From NCBI GenBank assembly GCA_002269645.1, contig NIVC01002709.1, forward strand, positions 1 to 64,000: DNA of 64,000 bases. The letters run 5' to 3'. Every line of letters begins with the position of its first letter. Position 1 is the stretch's first letter. A model generated the notes under the pieces. It was not told the DNA's origin, did no database searches, and worked only from the letters and a program-made list of their open reading frames with translations. Source of the DNA: Macrostomum lignano (lineage: Eukaryota). Position numbers and translations under genes: made by a program. Shown here piece after piece: positions 26,726 through 40,288 of the stretch.

Positions 26726-27189
26726 GATGATGTATCTCATGCATATTAATTGCTCACAACAATGGAACAAAATAGAAAAGCAGGAACAATGGTGACTAAT
26801 AAACAACGGCACTAACAACAATAATGAAAAAAGCTTTGATAACTTCATAGCAATGTTGTTGCGCTAAGAACGGCGTGAACAGGCCCAATGCGATATCAAT
26901 ACCGAATCAGGAAGGGGCAATCTAGACAAGAGAAGACTTCCTGCTTAACTGACAATAGTTTCTACCCAATCAAATCACTGTAGCGATCGATATAAAAAGA
27001 CTAAAAAACAACATTTTACATATTAAAAAACACAAGACAAATGGTTGGGCCAACTAATAGCTTACATTGACTACATGTGCTTAGCTGGCCACAATGATCT
27101 CTGCGCTGCCGATTTTTTTCACACCGATCAGTGACCCGGGTTTAACCTTCCTTCGTTCACAAATTCTTTAGTAAGTGTCTAAATAAGGG

Positions 27190-27825
27190 AAGTGTCAATA
27201 AGGGAAAAGGGTGTCAGGAGGAGAAAGTGTCAGGAGGAGAAAGTGTCAGGAGGAGAAAGTGTCACGCGAGAAAAGTATCAGGAAAAAGTGTCAAGAGGAT
27301 TGAGAAAGCGTCAGGAGGAGAAAATTTCAGGGGAGGAAAGTGTCAGGATAGGGAAGTGTCAAAAGAGCAAGTTTCAGGAGAAAGTGTCAGGAGGAGAAAG
27401 TGTCAAAAGGAGAAAGTGTCAGGAGAGAAAATTGTCAGGAGAAAGTGTCAGGAGAGAAAGTGTCAGAGAGAAGTGTCAGGAGGAGAGTGTCAGGAAGAGA
27501 AGTGTCAGGAGGAGAGTGTCAGGAAGAGAAGTGTCAGGAGAGAAAGTGTCAGAAGAGAGTGTCAGGAGAAGTGTCAGGAGAAAGTGTAAGGAGGAGAGAA
27601 TGTCAGAAGAGTGTCAGGAGAAGTGTCAGGAGGAGAAGTGTCAGGAGGAGAAGTGTCAGGAGGAGAAGTGTCAGGAGGAGAAGTGTCAGGAGGAGAAGTG
27701 TCAGGAGAAAAAGTGTCAGGAGAGAAAGTTTCAGGAGAAAATGTCAGGAGAAAGCGTCAGGGGAGAAGTATCAGGATAGGGAAGTGTCAAAAGAGCAAGT
27801 GTCAGGAGAAGTGTCAGAAAAGCAG
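27190..27825. repeat. Degenerate purine-rich repeat with AAGTGTCAGGAG core
   Basis: Directly visible, downstream of the nicalin stop. Confidence 0.92.
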
Positions 27826-28020
27826 TAAGCTGTCAGATAAGCTTAGCTGGCCATTGTAGACAATTGCGTTAAACATGACAGACCCAGTCACCAACTCAGA
27901 CCCATGACAGACCCATGACAGACCCAGTCAGTGCTGATAAAGTAAGAACTCAATTCTATAATGTAGACAACACCCTAGACTGCCATCGGTTAGCATAATT
28001 GTTGCAGTTATAAGTAAAGT

Positions 28021-31000
28021 TCAGTGCGTACTTTTGCCGCCATTAGACTGCCTGGCGCCAGATGAAAGCAGCGCCAGCAGCGGCGCCAGACACAGTCCGG
28101 CAATGCGATGAAAATGAACAACAAAGCCGAACACAATGGCCAGATAGGCAGTGATGAGTCCGGCAAGGAATAGGTCGAACAGAGCCGGTTTCACAATGTA
28201 GACGCTGAGCACAGAGTCTGAGGCGTCGTAGACGACCACTTCGGGTTCCTTCCGATCCGGTTTGAAGGCGACCAGCCGGTAGTCCTTGACCAGAGGGGAC
28301 AGCATGCTCTGCAGGGTCTGCACGTAGGGATCTGAGCGACGCAGATTGTGATAGGACCGGTGATCGTGCTCAAGAAGTTGAGCATAGCTAGTCCAGGCAG
28401 ATTGTGGATCCCCAGAGTCGTCTACATCGTTATATACGTGCTTCATCATCTGCTCGTCAGTGACATTCGTGGACGGATTGAGCAGCAGGTCCAGCAGGGA
28501 TTTGGCCACGGTCCTGTAGTTCGAGTCCAGCTGTTGCCAGTCGATCCGCCTGTCCAGCACGCTGAGCCGGTGGGAGCAGTCCGAGTGAGACGGGCACTGG
28601 CTAAGCGTGAGGCCCGGCAGGCGCTTGATTGAGAAGCGCTCGTGCTCCCAGGGCAGCCACTCGTTGGCCAGGTTGATCTTCTTCTGGCGGAGCTGCACCT
28701 GGACGGATGGCGGAGGGTTGGTAAGGGTAGCAGAGAGGGTAGGTAGCAGGGTAGCAGAGAGGGTAGGTAGCAGGGTAGCATAGAGGGTAGGTAGCAGGGT
28801 AGCAGAGAGGGTAGGTAGCAGGGTAGCAGAGAGGGTAGGTAGCAGGGTAGCAGAGAGGGTAGGTAGCAGGGTAGCAGAGAGGGTAGGTAGCAGGGTAGCA
28901 GAGAGGGTAGGTAGCAGGGTAGCAGAGAGGGTAGGTAGCAGGGTAGCAGAGAGGGTAGGTAGCAGGGTAGCAGAGGGTAGGTAACAGGGTAGCAGGGAGG
29001 GTAGGTAGCAGGGTAGCAGAGAGGGTAGGTAGCAGGGTAGCAGAGAGGGTAGGTAGCAGGGTAGCAGAGAGGGTAGGTAGCAGGGTAGCAGAGAGGGTAG
29101 GTAGCAGGGTAGCAGAGAGGGTAGGTAGCAGGGTAGCAGAGAGGGTAGGTAGCAGGGTAGCAGAGAGGGTAGGTAGCAGGGTAGCAGAGAGGGTAGGTAG
29201 CAGGGTAGCATAGAGGGTAGGTAGCAGGGTAGCAGAGAGGGTAGGTAGCAGGGTAGCAGAGAGGGTAGGTAACAGGGTAGCAGGGAGGGTAGGTAGCAGG
29301 GTAGCAGAGAGGGTAGGTAGCAGGGTAGCATAGAGGGTAGGTAGCAGGGTAGCAGAGAGGGTAGGTAGCAGGGTAGCATAGAGGGTAGGTAGCAGGGTAG
29401 CAGAGAGGGTAGGTAGCAGGGTAGCATAGAGGGTAGGTAGCAGGGTAGCAGAGAGGGTAGGTAGCAGGGTAGCAGAGAGGGTAGGTAGCAGGGTAGCAGA
29501 GAGGGTAGGTAGCAGGGTAGCAGAGAGGGTAGGTAGCAGGGTAGCAGAGAGGGTAGGTAGCAGGGTAGCATAGAGGGTAGGTAGCAGGGTAGCAGAGAGG
29601 GTAGGTAGCAGGGTAGCAGAGAGGGTAGGTAGCAGGGTAGCAGAGAGGGTAGGTAGCAGGGTAGCAGAGAGGGTAGGTAGCAGGGTAGCAGAGGGTAGGT
29701 AACAGGGTAGCAGGGAGGGTAGGTAGCAGGGTAGCAGAGAGGGTAGGTAGCAGGGTAGCATAGAGGGTAGGTAGCAGGGTAGCAGAGAGGGTAGGTAGCA
29801 GGGTAGCAGAGAGGGTAGGTAGCAGGGTAGCAGAGAGGGTAGGTAGCAGGGTAGCAGAGAGGGTAGGTAGCAGGGTAGCAGAGAGGGTAGGTAGCAGGGT
29901 AGCAGAGAGGGTAGGTAGCAGGGTAGCATAGAGGGTAGGTAGCAGGGTAGCAGAGAGGGTAGGTAGCAGGGTAGCATAGAGGGTAGGTAGCAGGGTAGCA
30001 GAGAGGGTAGGTAGCAGGGTAGCAGAGAGGGTAGGTAGCAGAGTAGCATAGAGGGTAGGTAGCAGGGTAGCAGAGAGGGTAGGTAGCAGGGTAGCAGAGA
30101 GGGTAGATAGCAGGGTAGATAAGTTACAGACAAAGAGGGTAGATATTCACGGTAGATAGCAGGGTGGATAAGTTACAGACAAAGAGGGTAGATGTTAACG
30201 GTAGATAGCAGGGTAGATAAGTTGCAGACAAAGAGGGTAGATGTTAACGGTAGATAGCAGGGTAGATAAGTTGCAGACAAAGAGGGTAGATATTCACGGT
30301 AGATAGCAGGGTAGATAAGTTACAGACAAAGAGGGTAGATGTTAACGGTAGATAGCAGGGTAGATAAGTTGCAGACAAAGAGGGTAGATGTTAACGGTAG
30401 ATAGCAGGGTAGATAAGTTGCAGACAAAGAGGGTAGATATTCACGGTAGATAGCAGGGTAGATAAGTTACAGACAAAGAGGGTAGATATTCACGGTAGAT
30501 AGCAGGGTGGATAAGTTACAGACAAAGAGGGTAGATGTTAACGGTAGATAGCAGGGTAGATAAGTTGCAGACAAAGAGGGTAGATATTCACGTAGATAGC
30601 AGGGTGGATAAGTTACAGACAAAGAGGGTAGATGTTAACGGTAGATAGCAGGGTAGATAAGTTGCAGACAAAGAGGGTAGATATTCACGGTAGATAGCAG
30701 GGCAGCAAAGAAGTCTAAGAACAGAGAGCAGTGATAGAATTTCAGCTCACCAAATCGGGCTTCTCCGAGTGTTTGCGCATTCTGTCGTAGAAAGCATGCA
30801 TCAGAGTGCCCTCCTTGGGCAGCTTGGACACGTGCAGATTAACGGCTGGCTCCAGGCCAACCGAGTCCAGACACAGGGCCATGACAACCCTGGCGAGTAC
30901 AGTTGAATCCGGCGACTCAAGATTGTCCTCAATCCAGCGCTTAGTACCGAAATAGGACAGCTTGCCGCCGCTGGTCAATAGGAAGAGCACGCTGTACTTC

Positions 31001-33379
31001 GGCCGGACTCCAGGCATGCCGTAGTAATAAGACAGCAGCCTAGCCAGCCTGAGCAGCAGCAGCATGCCGCTGCCGTTGCTATCGAAGCCTCGGCCAAGAG
31101 TTGGCACCGAGCCAAACCAGTCCATGTAGGCGGAGATGACTATGGTGCCCTCGGAGCCGCCCTGGTGAGCAACTCCGGCGGCTGCGGCTGCGGCGGATGA
31201 GGCTTGAGGATACAAGAATCCGTGCATAGCAACAAATTCTAAGCTATCGATCGGTTTGCTCTGGGCAGACCTGGCCGCCACGTGATACGTGTTGCCCAGC
31301 ACAGAGTTGGCAATCAGGCGGAGAGGCGAGTTGAAATCGTTGGACTGGTCAATGCGGCGCATGTCCTCAAATACCCGGCTGAAGTCCGGCGTCTCGGCCA
31401 GGAAGTACACCGGCACGGGGATGCTGTCGCCCCACAGGTCCTGCGGCGGGTGGAGAGGGCGATTCTCATGGAGATTTGGGGGCGATTCTCATGGAGATTT
31501 GGGGACAATTCTCATGGAGATTTGGGGGCGATTCTCATTGAGATTTGGGGGCGATTCTCATGGAGATTTTGGGGTGATTCTCGTGGAGATTTGGGGGCGA
31601 TTCTCATGGAGATTTGGGGCGATTGTCATGGAGATTTGGGGGCGATTCTCATTGAGATTTGGGGGCGAATCTCTTGGAGATTTGGGGGCGAATCTCTTGG
31701 AGATTTGGGGGCGATTCTCATTGAGATTTGGGGGCGATTCTCATTGAGATTTGTGGGCGATTCTCATGGAGATTTGGGGGCGATTCTCATTGAGATTTGG
31801 GGGCGATTCTCATGGAGATTTTGGGGTGATTCTCGTGGAGATTTGGGGGCGATTCTCATGGAGATTTGGGGGCGATTCTCATGGAGATTTGGGGGCGATT
31901 CTCATGGAGATTTGGGGGCGATTCTCATTGGGATTTGGGGGGGGGGCGATTCTCATGGAGATTTGGGGGCGATTGTTTTGGAGATTTGAGGGCGATTCTA
32001 ATTGAGATTTTGGGGCGATTCTCATGGAGATTTGGGGGCGATTCTCATTGAGATTTGGGGGCGATTCTCATTGATTGAGATTTTGGGGCGAATCTCATGG
32101 AGCTTTGAGGGGAATTATCACATGGAGATTTGGGGCGATTCTCATGGAGATTCGAGGCGAAGCAAAGAAAAGCAAAACAAACCTGTTCCAGCGAGTGCAG
32201 AGCGGCCCGAGTCTCAGTCGGTATGCCAGTTGGATCCTGGAGCAGAGCTGGCGGCACCAACACTAGAATGGCGCCCACGTTGTCCTGCACTAGGCGCTTG
32301 ATCACTGCGCCAGACAGCTCCTGGGGAATCGTGCAAGTTAGAAATCAATGTGTCTTGATTAAATTGCTAACAGTATTCAGGATGGCATTAGTGTCGGTTC
32401 TGATAGAGGGTAAGTGTCGATTCTGGGAGAGGATTTGTGTCGATTCTGAGACAGGATTAGTGTCGATTCTGAGACAGGATTAGTGTCGATTCTGGGAGAG
32501 GATTAGTGTCGATTCTGAGACAGGATTAGTGTCGATTCTGAGACAGGATTAGTGTCGATTCTGGGAGAGGATTAGTGTCAATTCTGATAGAGGATTAGTT
32601 TCGATTCTGGGAGAGGATTAGAGTCGATTCTGATAGAGGATTAGTTTCGATTCTGGGAGAGGATTAGTGTCGATTCTGAGACAGGATTAGTGTCGATTCT
32701 GGGAGAGGATTAGTATCGATTCTGGGAGAGGATTAGTTGTCGATTCTGGGAGAGGATTAGTGTCGATTCTGGGAGAGGATTAGTTGTCGATTCTGGGAGA
32801 GGATTAGTGTCGATTCTGGGAGAGGATTAGTTGTCGATTCTGGGAGAGGATTAGTGTCGATTCTGGGAGAGGATTAGTGTCGATTCTGGGAGAGGATTAG
32901 TGTCGATTCTGAGACAGGATTAGTGTCGATTCTGAGACAGGATTAGTGTCGATTCTGGGAGAGGATTAGTGTCGATTCTAATAGAGATTCGAATGCCATT
33001 TTGGATTGTGTTGTGATTCTCAGAGGGCAAGGGAGGGATTTGCTGGGAAAAGGCCAATTCCGAAAGCAGAAAAACCCACCTGAACCCTGGCAACCACGCA
33101 TTTTCTATTGAGCTGTCCGGAAGCAACAGTTCTAGCTTCAAAATTGAGCTGAGCCGAACGACTGCCATAGCGAGAGCCGAACATGTCAAACTGATGCAGC
33201 CGATAGATCGGCAGGTCAGACACTGTGGCCATCTGCTGTTGCTGCTGCTGGGGCTCCTGATTAGCAAGCTGGCATTTGGTTGGCGCCACCAGCAGAATAA
33301 TAGACAGCAGGCAGATTAGCGAGGCCGGAGTGAAACTTCTGGCCAAATCTTCGAATAAATTGGTGAAATCGTGAAGCAT
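28021..33379 (-). CDS. NCLN: Nicalin (NOMO/TMEM147 BOS-complex subunit), about 601 aa; exons 33379-33080, 32320-32183, 31440-30751, 28698-28021
   Basis: IYRLHQFDMFGSRYGSRSAQLNFEART, PVPVYF, TIVISAYMDWFG...GFDSNGSG, LTSGGKLSYFGTKRWIEDNL, LCLDSVG, KKINLANEWLPWEHERFSIKRLP and the C-terminal TM match nicalin; all introns are phase 0 GT-AG. Confidence 0.96.
28725..30700. repeat. Nicalin intron 3: 24-bp repeat AGAGAGGGTAGGTAGCAGGGTAGC (28725-30110) followed by a related 49-bp repeat (30105-30700)
   Basis: Periods of 24 and 49 read from the sequence; shared core GGTAG(G/A)TAGCAGGGTAG. Confidence 0.97.
31455..32152. repeat. 23-bp repeat GGGGGCGATTCTCATGGAGATTT, nicalin intron 2
   Basis: Period 23 (31461, 31484 and so on). 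Confidence 0.96.
32393..32985. repeat. 23-bp repeat GTGTCGATTCTGGGAGAGGATTA, nicalin intron 1
   Basis: Period 23 (32461, 32484 and so on). Confidence 0.96.
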
Positions 33380-35766
33380 TCTGGTGTTCGAATTTATCAA
33401 ATATTTTGTTCTGCAAGTTGAATTGTATGCCAGAAGCAATAAATTTTTTATATTAGTATATTGTGTAATGTAATTGTAATCCACTCAAAACTAATAATAA
33501 TTTATGAATAAAATAATACTTCAATACTACTTTTACACATTTTTAAAGAAACTTTCCACAAGCTTTTGCTTGCAAAGTAGTTAATTAAAGATGTTTTAAT
33601 TAACCCTATAAAACCTTTAAATGAGCTCTTCAATCTAGACAATAATAATGTACTCCTAAGTATTGCCTTCTCTAATAATTATTATAATAATTATTAATTG
33701 ATTTTTCTTTTGCATAAATTTGAATTGTATTCAGTTTAATAATATTTAGAGTAATAGCTAAGTTTATGCTATTTTGAGTCTTGCTATAGCTAGGATTTAT
33801 AGCTATATAGCTATAAGCTATGTAGCCTATCCATATTATCTGCATCTATAGCTGGTTAATTTCCTGTAACTTCCTAGAACTTTTAATAGCATTAAATCCA
33901 ATGCCAACAGTTACATTACTCACTATATAGTAGTGAGGAAGTAAAAATGATAGAAATTTTTAACCTACCATTCATTAATGGTGTCTCATTTATTGATTGA
34001 TTGATAATTATTGGACATCCAGAACCTGGGTAAGTCAGGTAAGAAGCCATACCTTGCCAACCATGACAATGCATGTCCCCACATGGCCAAGAAAGAGGAG
34101 ACAAATTAGCAGGCAAATTTTGAGCTGCTCTTACACCCACCCTACTTTTAAGATATTTTACCAGCTGACTTTATCCAAAGATAAAGAAGCTGCTGCATGG
34201 AGCTTCTGAAGATAAAGAGTTGTCAGAACCTACTGAAGCTATGTCAATTGAAAATGTAGTAGTGCTAATGAGGCTTATACTGGCAGATTGTTTGACACAA
34301 AATCAAACTGCAAAATAAATTATAACGCAGACATATGAACAGGAATCTAAGTTTGCCAATGAGATGCAAGTACAAAAGCCAATCAAAGATATATTATATT
34401 TGGCCCATTATTTATTTGAAAATAGATTAATTTTCTTATCATGTTCTCATCATATCTATTTGATAGCAACAGCTTTGCAATGCCATCCAAAGTTGAAGCA
34501 ACAAGGTAATGCTTTCAAAAAACCTATTAGTACCTAGCTGTAGAACCAGCTTGCTAAAAAGTGTGGCACCTAGGACAGTACAACTATTGTTTCTCCTATA
34601 CAGTCAGACCAAAAAATGAAGAATAATAGCAAAGAACTAGATATACTATACTATCTTTTATAGCTATTTTTATTCATAATTTGGGGCATATAGCCTTTGG
34701 ATTAAAATTCACAAAACATTATTATAAGGAGTAAGTTATTATTTATAATTACTAAAATTATCAAGTTCACAAAAATTGCTTTGCTAGAAGTTTTTGATAC
34801 ATTCTTATCTTTTCAACAAGGTTAAATTTTTATGTATAAAGTTTATAATCTAGCCTGCACTTAATAGTCCAAACTAATACTTATTCTTAGCTATTAGTTT
34901 AACTGCTTCTACATTATCATTTTTGCTACTTTAATTAGTTCAGTTATCTCCTATAATGTGCCTGATTATTATCCAAGTAATAATAAAAATGTCATTGGTA
35001 ATGGTAAATGATAATTGTCTAACCCTTGGGCTTTGATTGTGCTAGTTTATTAAATAATCTTAAATTGCCTCGACATAACTTTTTGAATTGGAAAACTGAA
35101 AAAAACTATTATATGCTAGCATGATCTAGACTATGGCCAATTTTGCAATTACTATTTTGTGCAATAAATGGTTGCTTTTATTAATGTTGATTAAATTAAC
35201 CATGTATTTATTTAATCAGTTATGGCTTATATCAACATTTATAATATTCTTAAAACATAATAGGAAACTAAGGAGTGGTATCTAATTGAAAAATGATACA
35301 TTCCATAATATATCCATAATTAACTTAGGCCTAGGGTGAAATTCATCCAAAAACAAATTTTATTATGATGTTGTCAATTTTAGCAGCCCCATCAAGGACC
35401 ATTTTAACATGGTACCAATCTGTAATATTGTCAATTTAATGGTCCCATACTCTCATGTCTGCTTAAAGTAGTGGCCAAAGAATTTTAAATAACTTGCATA
35501 CATTTGTAAGCCTCAATACAGTAGGCAATCAAAAATTTTTACTTTTCTTGCTGGTCAATAGAAAAGCCATGCATAAATAATTTTATTATGAAATTAAGTT
35601 CTCTACGCGCACCCACCCCTAGCCCATTACATTGACGCTACATTTCAAACTCAAATAATATTGCAAAACAAACTAGAAGATCATCCAAAAAAGTAACATT
35701 AGTAATATATATAAAAATATAATATTTACAACTTTAATTATTGTTGTAATATGCATATTATTGCTG

Positions 35767-36344
35767 GGCAATCCTACACTTCTGTTCGGTAAATTATTTT
35801 GACACTGAATTTTGAATAGGCGTGTTAAATAACAATGTAACCAAACAAAACTGAAACAATGGAACATGGTAGCAGTCTGTTAGAGTGCATAATCACTTAG
35901 AGTGTGTCTGCAGGTCATTAAGGTGTCTACAATGGATAGTAATGTCCAATCCAGTATAGGATAGCCCCAAATGGACATTGGGGATACAGACGACGCCAGA
36001 GGAATTCCTCAATGTGTGCGTCGAAGAGAGCGTCGCTCGTGCCATACATGTTGCAGATTTTGCGCTTCGCGTAGGCCCATGTGCCCTCCACGGTGTTGGT
36101 GTGGACTATTGGGTCCGCAGGATCTACGAAGTGCAGCCGATGGTTCACTTCACCGAGACGTGGTTGGGTAGAGACGTGGTAAAAACAAGCAGCTCACAAG
36201 CAACAGCTCCCTTAAACTGACACCCCCTTAAACTCTGTTCGCTCAAACTTTTGGCCATAGACACATTGCCAATCGACGTCATTTGACTCAGTGGTACGAA
36301 TTCAAATGTCAAAATAATTTACCGAACGGAAGTGTAGGATTGCC
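35767..36344 (-). mobile_element. Non-autonomous Merlin (IS1595/ISXO2-like) DNA transposon with internal deletion
   Basis: 38-bp TIRs (35767-35804 and 36307-36344, 37/38 identical); perfect 8-bp TSD TATTGCTG (35759-35766 and 36345-36352); transposase C-terminus VNH...FVDP...VHTNTVEGTW...EEFLWR at 36148-35927. Confidence 0.92.
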
Positions 36345-37544
36345 TATTGCTGATTAGTCATTAGTGTGCCAAAAATTTCTCAAGCTCAAAGTGGTACACC
36401 AAAGTAGTATACAAAAATAGCCATGAACTCTCCAATGTTACATAGGAAAATTCTGCCATACATGTAATTATAACCTTTTGGAGTCTAGAACTAAGCATGA
36501 CACCAATATATACATAATATTAAAAACAAAAATCTATATATCTTAACTATGTACTATATTCTTATTTTTTAAGTTGTTTTATTTGCTGGCAAACAAAAAG
36601 GCAACAAACAAAATGACCTGCCTATCATTGCTACATTTAAATCCAATAATCATATCCACTTTTCTGGCAAAAAATCATTGTTCTACATGCTTTTCTAAAT
36701 TTTTTGGCCAAACTTTTTTGTTCTGTATACTTGATATATAAAATAAAGTACACCTTGGCAATTAATAAATAATAGGGCCAATCAATAATCTTATTGCAGT
36801 CAAGCCAATGGCTATTATTATAGACACAATCTGGCATAGATTGGCACCTACCATGTGGCAGTGCGTCAAAAGACACATGGTTTAAGCATGGTCTGGTATT
36901 GGAAAAGGGACATCTAGCATGGCTATGGTTTAGACCTTGGCTATAAAATAGGGATAAAAAATTATAAGAGTCTAGGCCTAGTTTAGGCTAGACTACTAAC
37001 TTGTCTTTAATTTTCCACTTTAGGCCTACTAATTTTAGTTTTAGGATAGGCCTATTTAAATAATTCTAAACCTACCTTTATCATTTATCCCAGGCGCCAG
37101 GCCTAATCTAAAAGATGACAGCATTAATATTCATACAAAATTTTACTGCTCAAATTTAATATTTGCAATAGAAAAATAATACAAATAACATAATTAAGTT
37201 AGTCAACACCAAAAGCCAAACACCAAAAGTAGAAAGCTGTTAGTTAACGTGCATTAACAAAAACGTTATTGAATTGAATTGAATATTGAATATTGAATTG
37301 GAAATGGTTTACTATACTGCTTTGGTTTTAGGCTCATTTAATTTAGATTGTTGTGTAACTTTTTTTTACATTAGATCTGGTTACTTTAATTTTTTAAAGT
37401 TCCTTTAATAAGTTCCTTTAAAAATTAGGTTTTGTTTTTTCTTCACAAATTAGATGCTAAATTCACGAATTATTACACTTGCGCGCGGGATAGTAATGCT
37501 TGCCTGCGAGACGTTTGCCAGCAAGCCGGCTGCTGGTTTTGCTA

Positions 37545-37659
37545 GCAAGTCTGGGTCTACGACGTTTGCCTGTCGGACGTTTGCCAGCCGACGTTTGCCT
37601 GCGGGACGCTTGCCAGCCGACTTGCAACTGACAGGCAAACGTCGTAGACTCAGACTTGC
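37545..37659. mobile_element. Mini foldback/MITE: 30-bp inverted arms enclosing ACGTTTGCC direct repeats
   Basis: GCAAGTCTG(G/A)GTCTACGACGTTTGCCTGTC at 37545-37574 and its inverse at 37630-37659. Confidence 0.7.
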
Positions 37660-37739
37660 GGTGACGTGCAATGAACACCTGCTTTCGGCTATCTAAACCC
37701 CCAACGGAGAGTTATATTAACCATCTAGTTTAGTCTATG

Positions 37740-39166
37740 TTAGAGCTGGTATTTAGAATTTTTTCCACTTCATTATCAACATTATCAACATTGTCAAAAT
37801 TGTTGATGATCATGACTTCGCTACTGACAATCGCATGCTTTGAGTTAAGGTGCGGGATTTTCATTCAAAAGGCGTTACGAGCCGATAGAAAGAGCCGATA
37901 TCTAATCAAGCTGTCCTGCTACTTTGTTCGCTCGACTGGAGAGCGATTGCAGGATGAAGTAATATACACATTATTGTATAGCTTAGGAGAACGTGATCAG
38001 GAACACCTCAATTTGATATTATTATACATTTATAGCATTATTATACCGCTATTGATGCTTTAGTTCGCGAACTAGACAGTAGATTTGACCAGGAAGCATA
38101 TAATGTGCTTAAAGACATGGAGAAGCTTCTTATTCACGCGGCCAATGGAGCAGCACCTAATTCTATTCCAGCATCACTGATGGCGTACCATCCTGTGGAT
38201 TGGGATGCTGACAATCTTCAAGCACAGCTATGTTTGCTGCATGGATTTGTGAAGCGTTGTTAACCTGAAGTAAAGCTCATTTCAAGGTTGACAACTCTGC
38301 ATGACATATTTACAAGAGAACAGATTCACCAGCCGCTCTTTCGAGATGTACTTGCAATGCTGCACGTCTACTTGGTAATGCCAATGACATCTGCCACTGC
38401 AGAAAGGTCATTTTCAGCCCAACGACGGATCAAGAATTACTTGCGAAGTACTATGACTGCCAAAGCATACAACAGCTTCATGTTACTTAATGTGCATAAG
38501 AATCGTACTGACAATCTGAACCTCGCACAAGCTGTTCGCGAGTTTGTAAGTCGCAACAGCCGTCGGCAAACTTTCTTTGGCAGAGTGTGAAATTTGGAGC
38601 TTCTGACTACTGACTTTTATTCAGTTTTCATAGTTTGCTACTACTACTGGCTACCTACTGCTATATATTTTTGCATTACGAGTATCTGATATGAACGTGA
38701 CTTGCTTAATGGAGCAAATTGAAATTCAAATGTTCATTTCATATTCCTATAAACTTACATGTACTGTCAACATCAAATCAATGCAATACCTGCGTTCTGC
38801 AACACTTCAATAAACGATTGCTTTAATGATCAGTAATTTATTTGCTCCACTACATATACATGTATAGTTCTATGAGTATCTAAGTACAGTACAATTAGTT
38901 GTAAATTTTTGTTTTTTTAAACTGCTGTCGCTGTCTGCTCATTGTGTAAACTAAAATGCACAACTAAATAGTAAATATATAGTTATTTTACGATTATTAT
39001 TAGTTATATGTAATGGGTTGTACTTTATTGTGAAAATAAATTACTTTTAAATGCATGAATGAACTTACATTAGTTGAAATTTTTGCCCTTCGATTTGCAT
39101 TGAAGTAACTCAGATCTGCCCTTTTTTATTGAGCCCCCCACTTTGAAAGTAGTTCCGACACCCCTG
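37740..39166 (+). mobile_element. 5'-truncated hAT transposon (ZMYM1-like transposase C-terminus, pseudogenised) with right end
   Basis: YYTAIDALVRELDSRF and MPMTSATAERSFSAQRRIKNYLRSTM (hAT dimerisation domain) with in-frame stops; the right terminus reads CAGGGGTGTCGGAAC...GGGGGG on the minus strand from 39166. Confidence 0.85.
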
Positions 39167-39189
39167 ACCTCAAATGTTTTCGCCAGAGA

Positions 39190-39720
39190 GACCTGCTCAT
39201 AGAAAAAGAGGACGGCGATGGCAAGAAGTGTTACGAATCGCCTAATCTAATCACCAAGAATCAGAGCGCCGATCCATGCAGTTAAGGCTAAACGTTTCAA
39301 CCTAAAGCAAGCGAGAATCTATGGAGCTCAATACGAACTCCTTAAGGTCTACTTTGAAGCTCTGCCTAACGAAACCAAGGACAATTCGTTTTTTCCGAGA
39401 CCATTGGCTAACCATGAAGAACGGCTGCAGTTTTCGACTAAGCAGGTCCGCGGAATCAGTTGGCTGGGATCATTCATGACATGACTAAGCACCCTGTGTG
39501 AGTGTACGAACCACCGCATTTTAGTAACTAGAGATGCTCACTTACACAAAGGCGGCTGCACATTGTTCGACATCATGAGTATCGCGGGACAACAAAATGA
39601 GTCGACCGTTAGGCGCTACCTATCGAGGAAGCGTGATCACACATTGCGAGAAATGGCGATTCTTTGGCGACTCAAATCTCGAATTTGCAGCACCGTGCAG
39701 GATCAAATTTCCGTTCTCCT
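39190..39720 (+). pseudogene. Crypton-type tyrosine recombinase remnant 1
   Basis: Reads ...ITKNQ...YFEALP...FFPRP...CTNHRI...LHKGGCTLFDIMSIAGQQNESTVRRY, matching the YR C-terminal motifs (NH-x-x-R, GH, Y) in decayed form. Confidence 0.65.
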
Positions 39721-40288
39721 CCAGGATGCATTCTGCGTTGCGAGAGTTCGACTGCCTTCATGCGAGTCGCACTGCGATTTCGTGTGGAAGAAGCTGACGA
39801 CCAAGTTTAAAAGGGTGCGACTTACATGAGTTCGCTGATGTAATTTTGCAAGCTTCGTAGCGATTTTAAATAAAGGGATGCAGATCACACGAAATGCGCT
39901 GTGGTATTTGTAGTCGGTCATTTCATGGTACAATCAGTGACTCAAATCATATAAGCATACACATTTTCATGCCATCGGAGTTCGCCTTTGGTTCATGTTG
40001 CTTCCTGAACATGCGTTAGAAATATTAGGCGTTACTTTTTTACCCATGCTCTCTGTGGTAGTCATACTGTAATTGAAAAGTGTTCATGGATAAGCTTACT
40101 TTATGTATTGACTATAACCATTTAACTTTTCTACTGCTGGAAGAACTTCTGCCATCTCATATTTGATGCTCCAACCATAGACAGTAAGCAAAGGGACAGC
40201 TTTTTCTTAGAGTGGCCCATCTAGAGTATATATAATCTGTGGGCCAGACAGACGTAGAGTTCGAAGGTTCGAAGGTCTATGGTATTGG

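Noticed and set aside
7527-30700. 62-, 48- and 49-bp regularly spaced repeats resembling CRISPR arrays
   Set aside because: No unique spacers, no cas genes, and a eukaryotic intronic context.
33400-35700. AT-rich region with short ORFs upstream of nicalin
   Set aside because: No motif, repeat structure or splice-consistent ORF could be identified.
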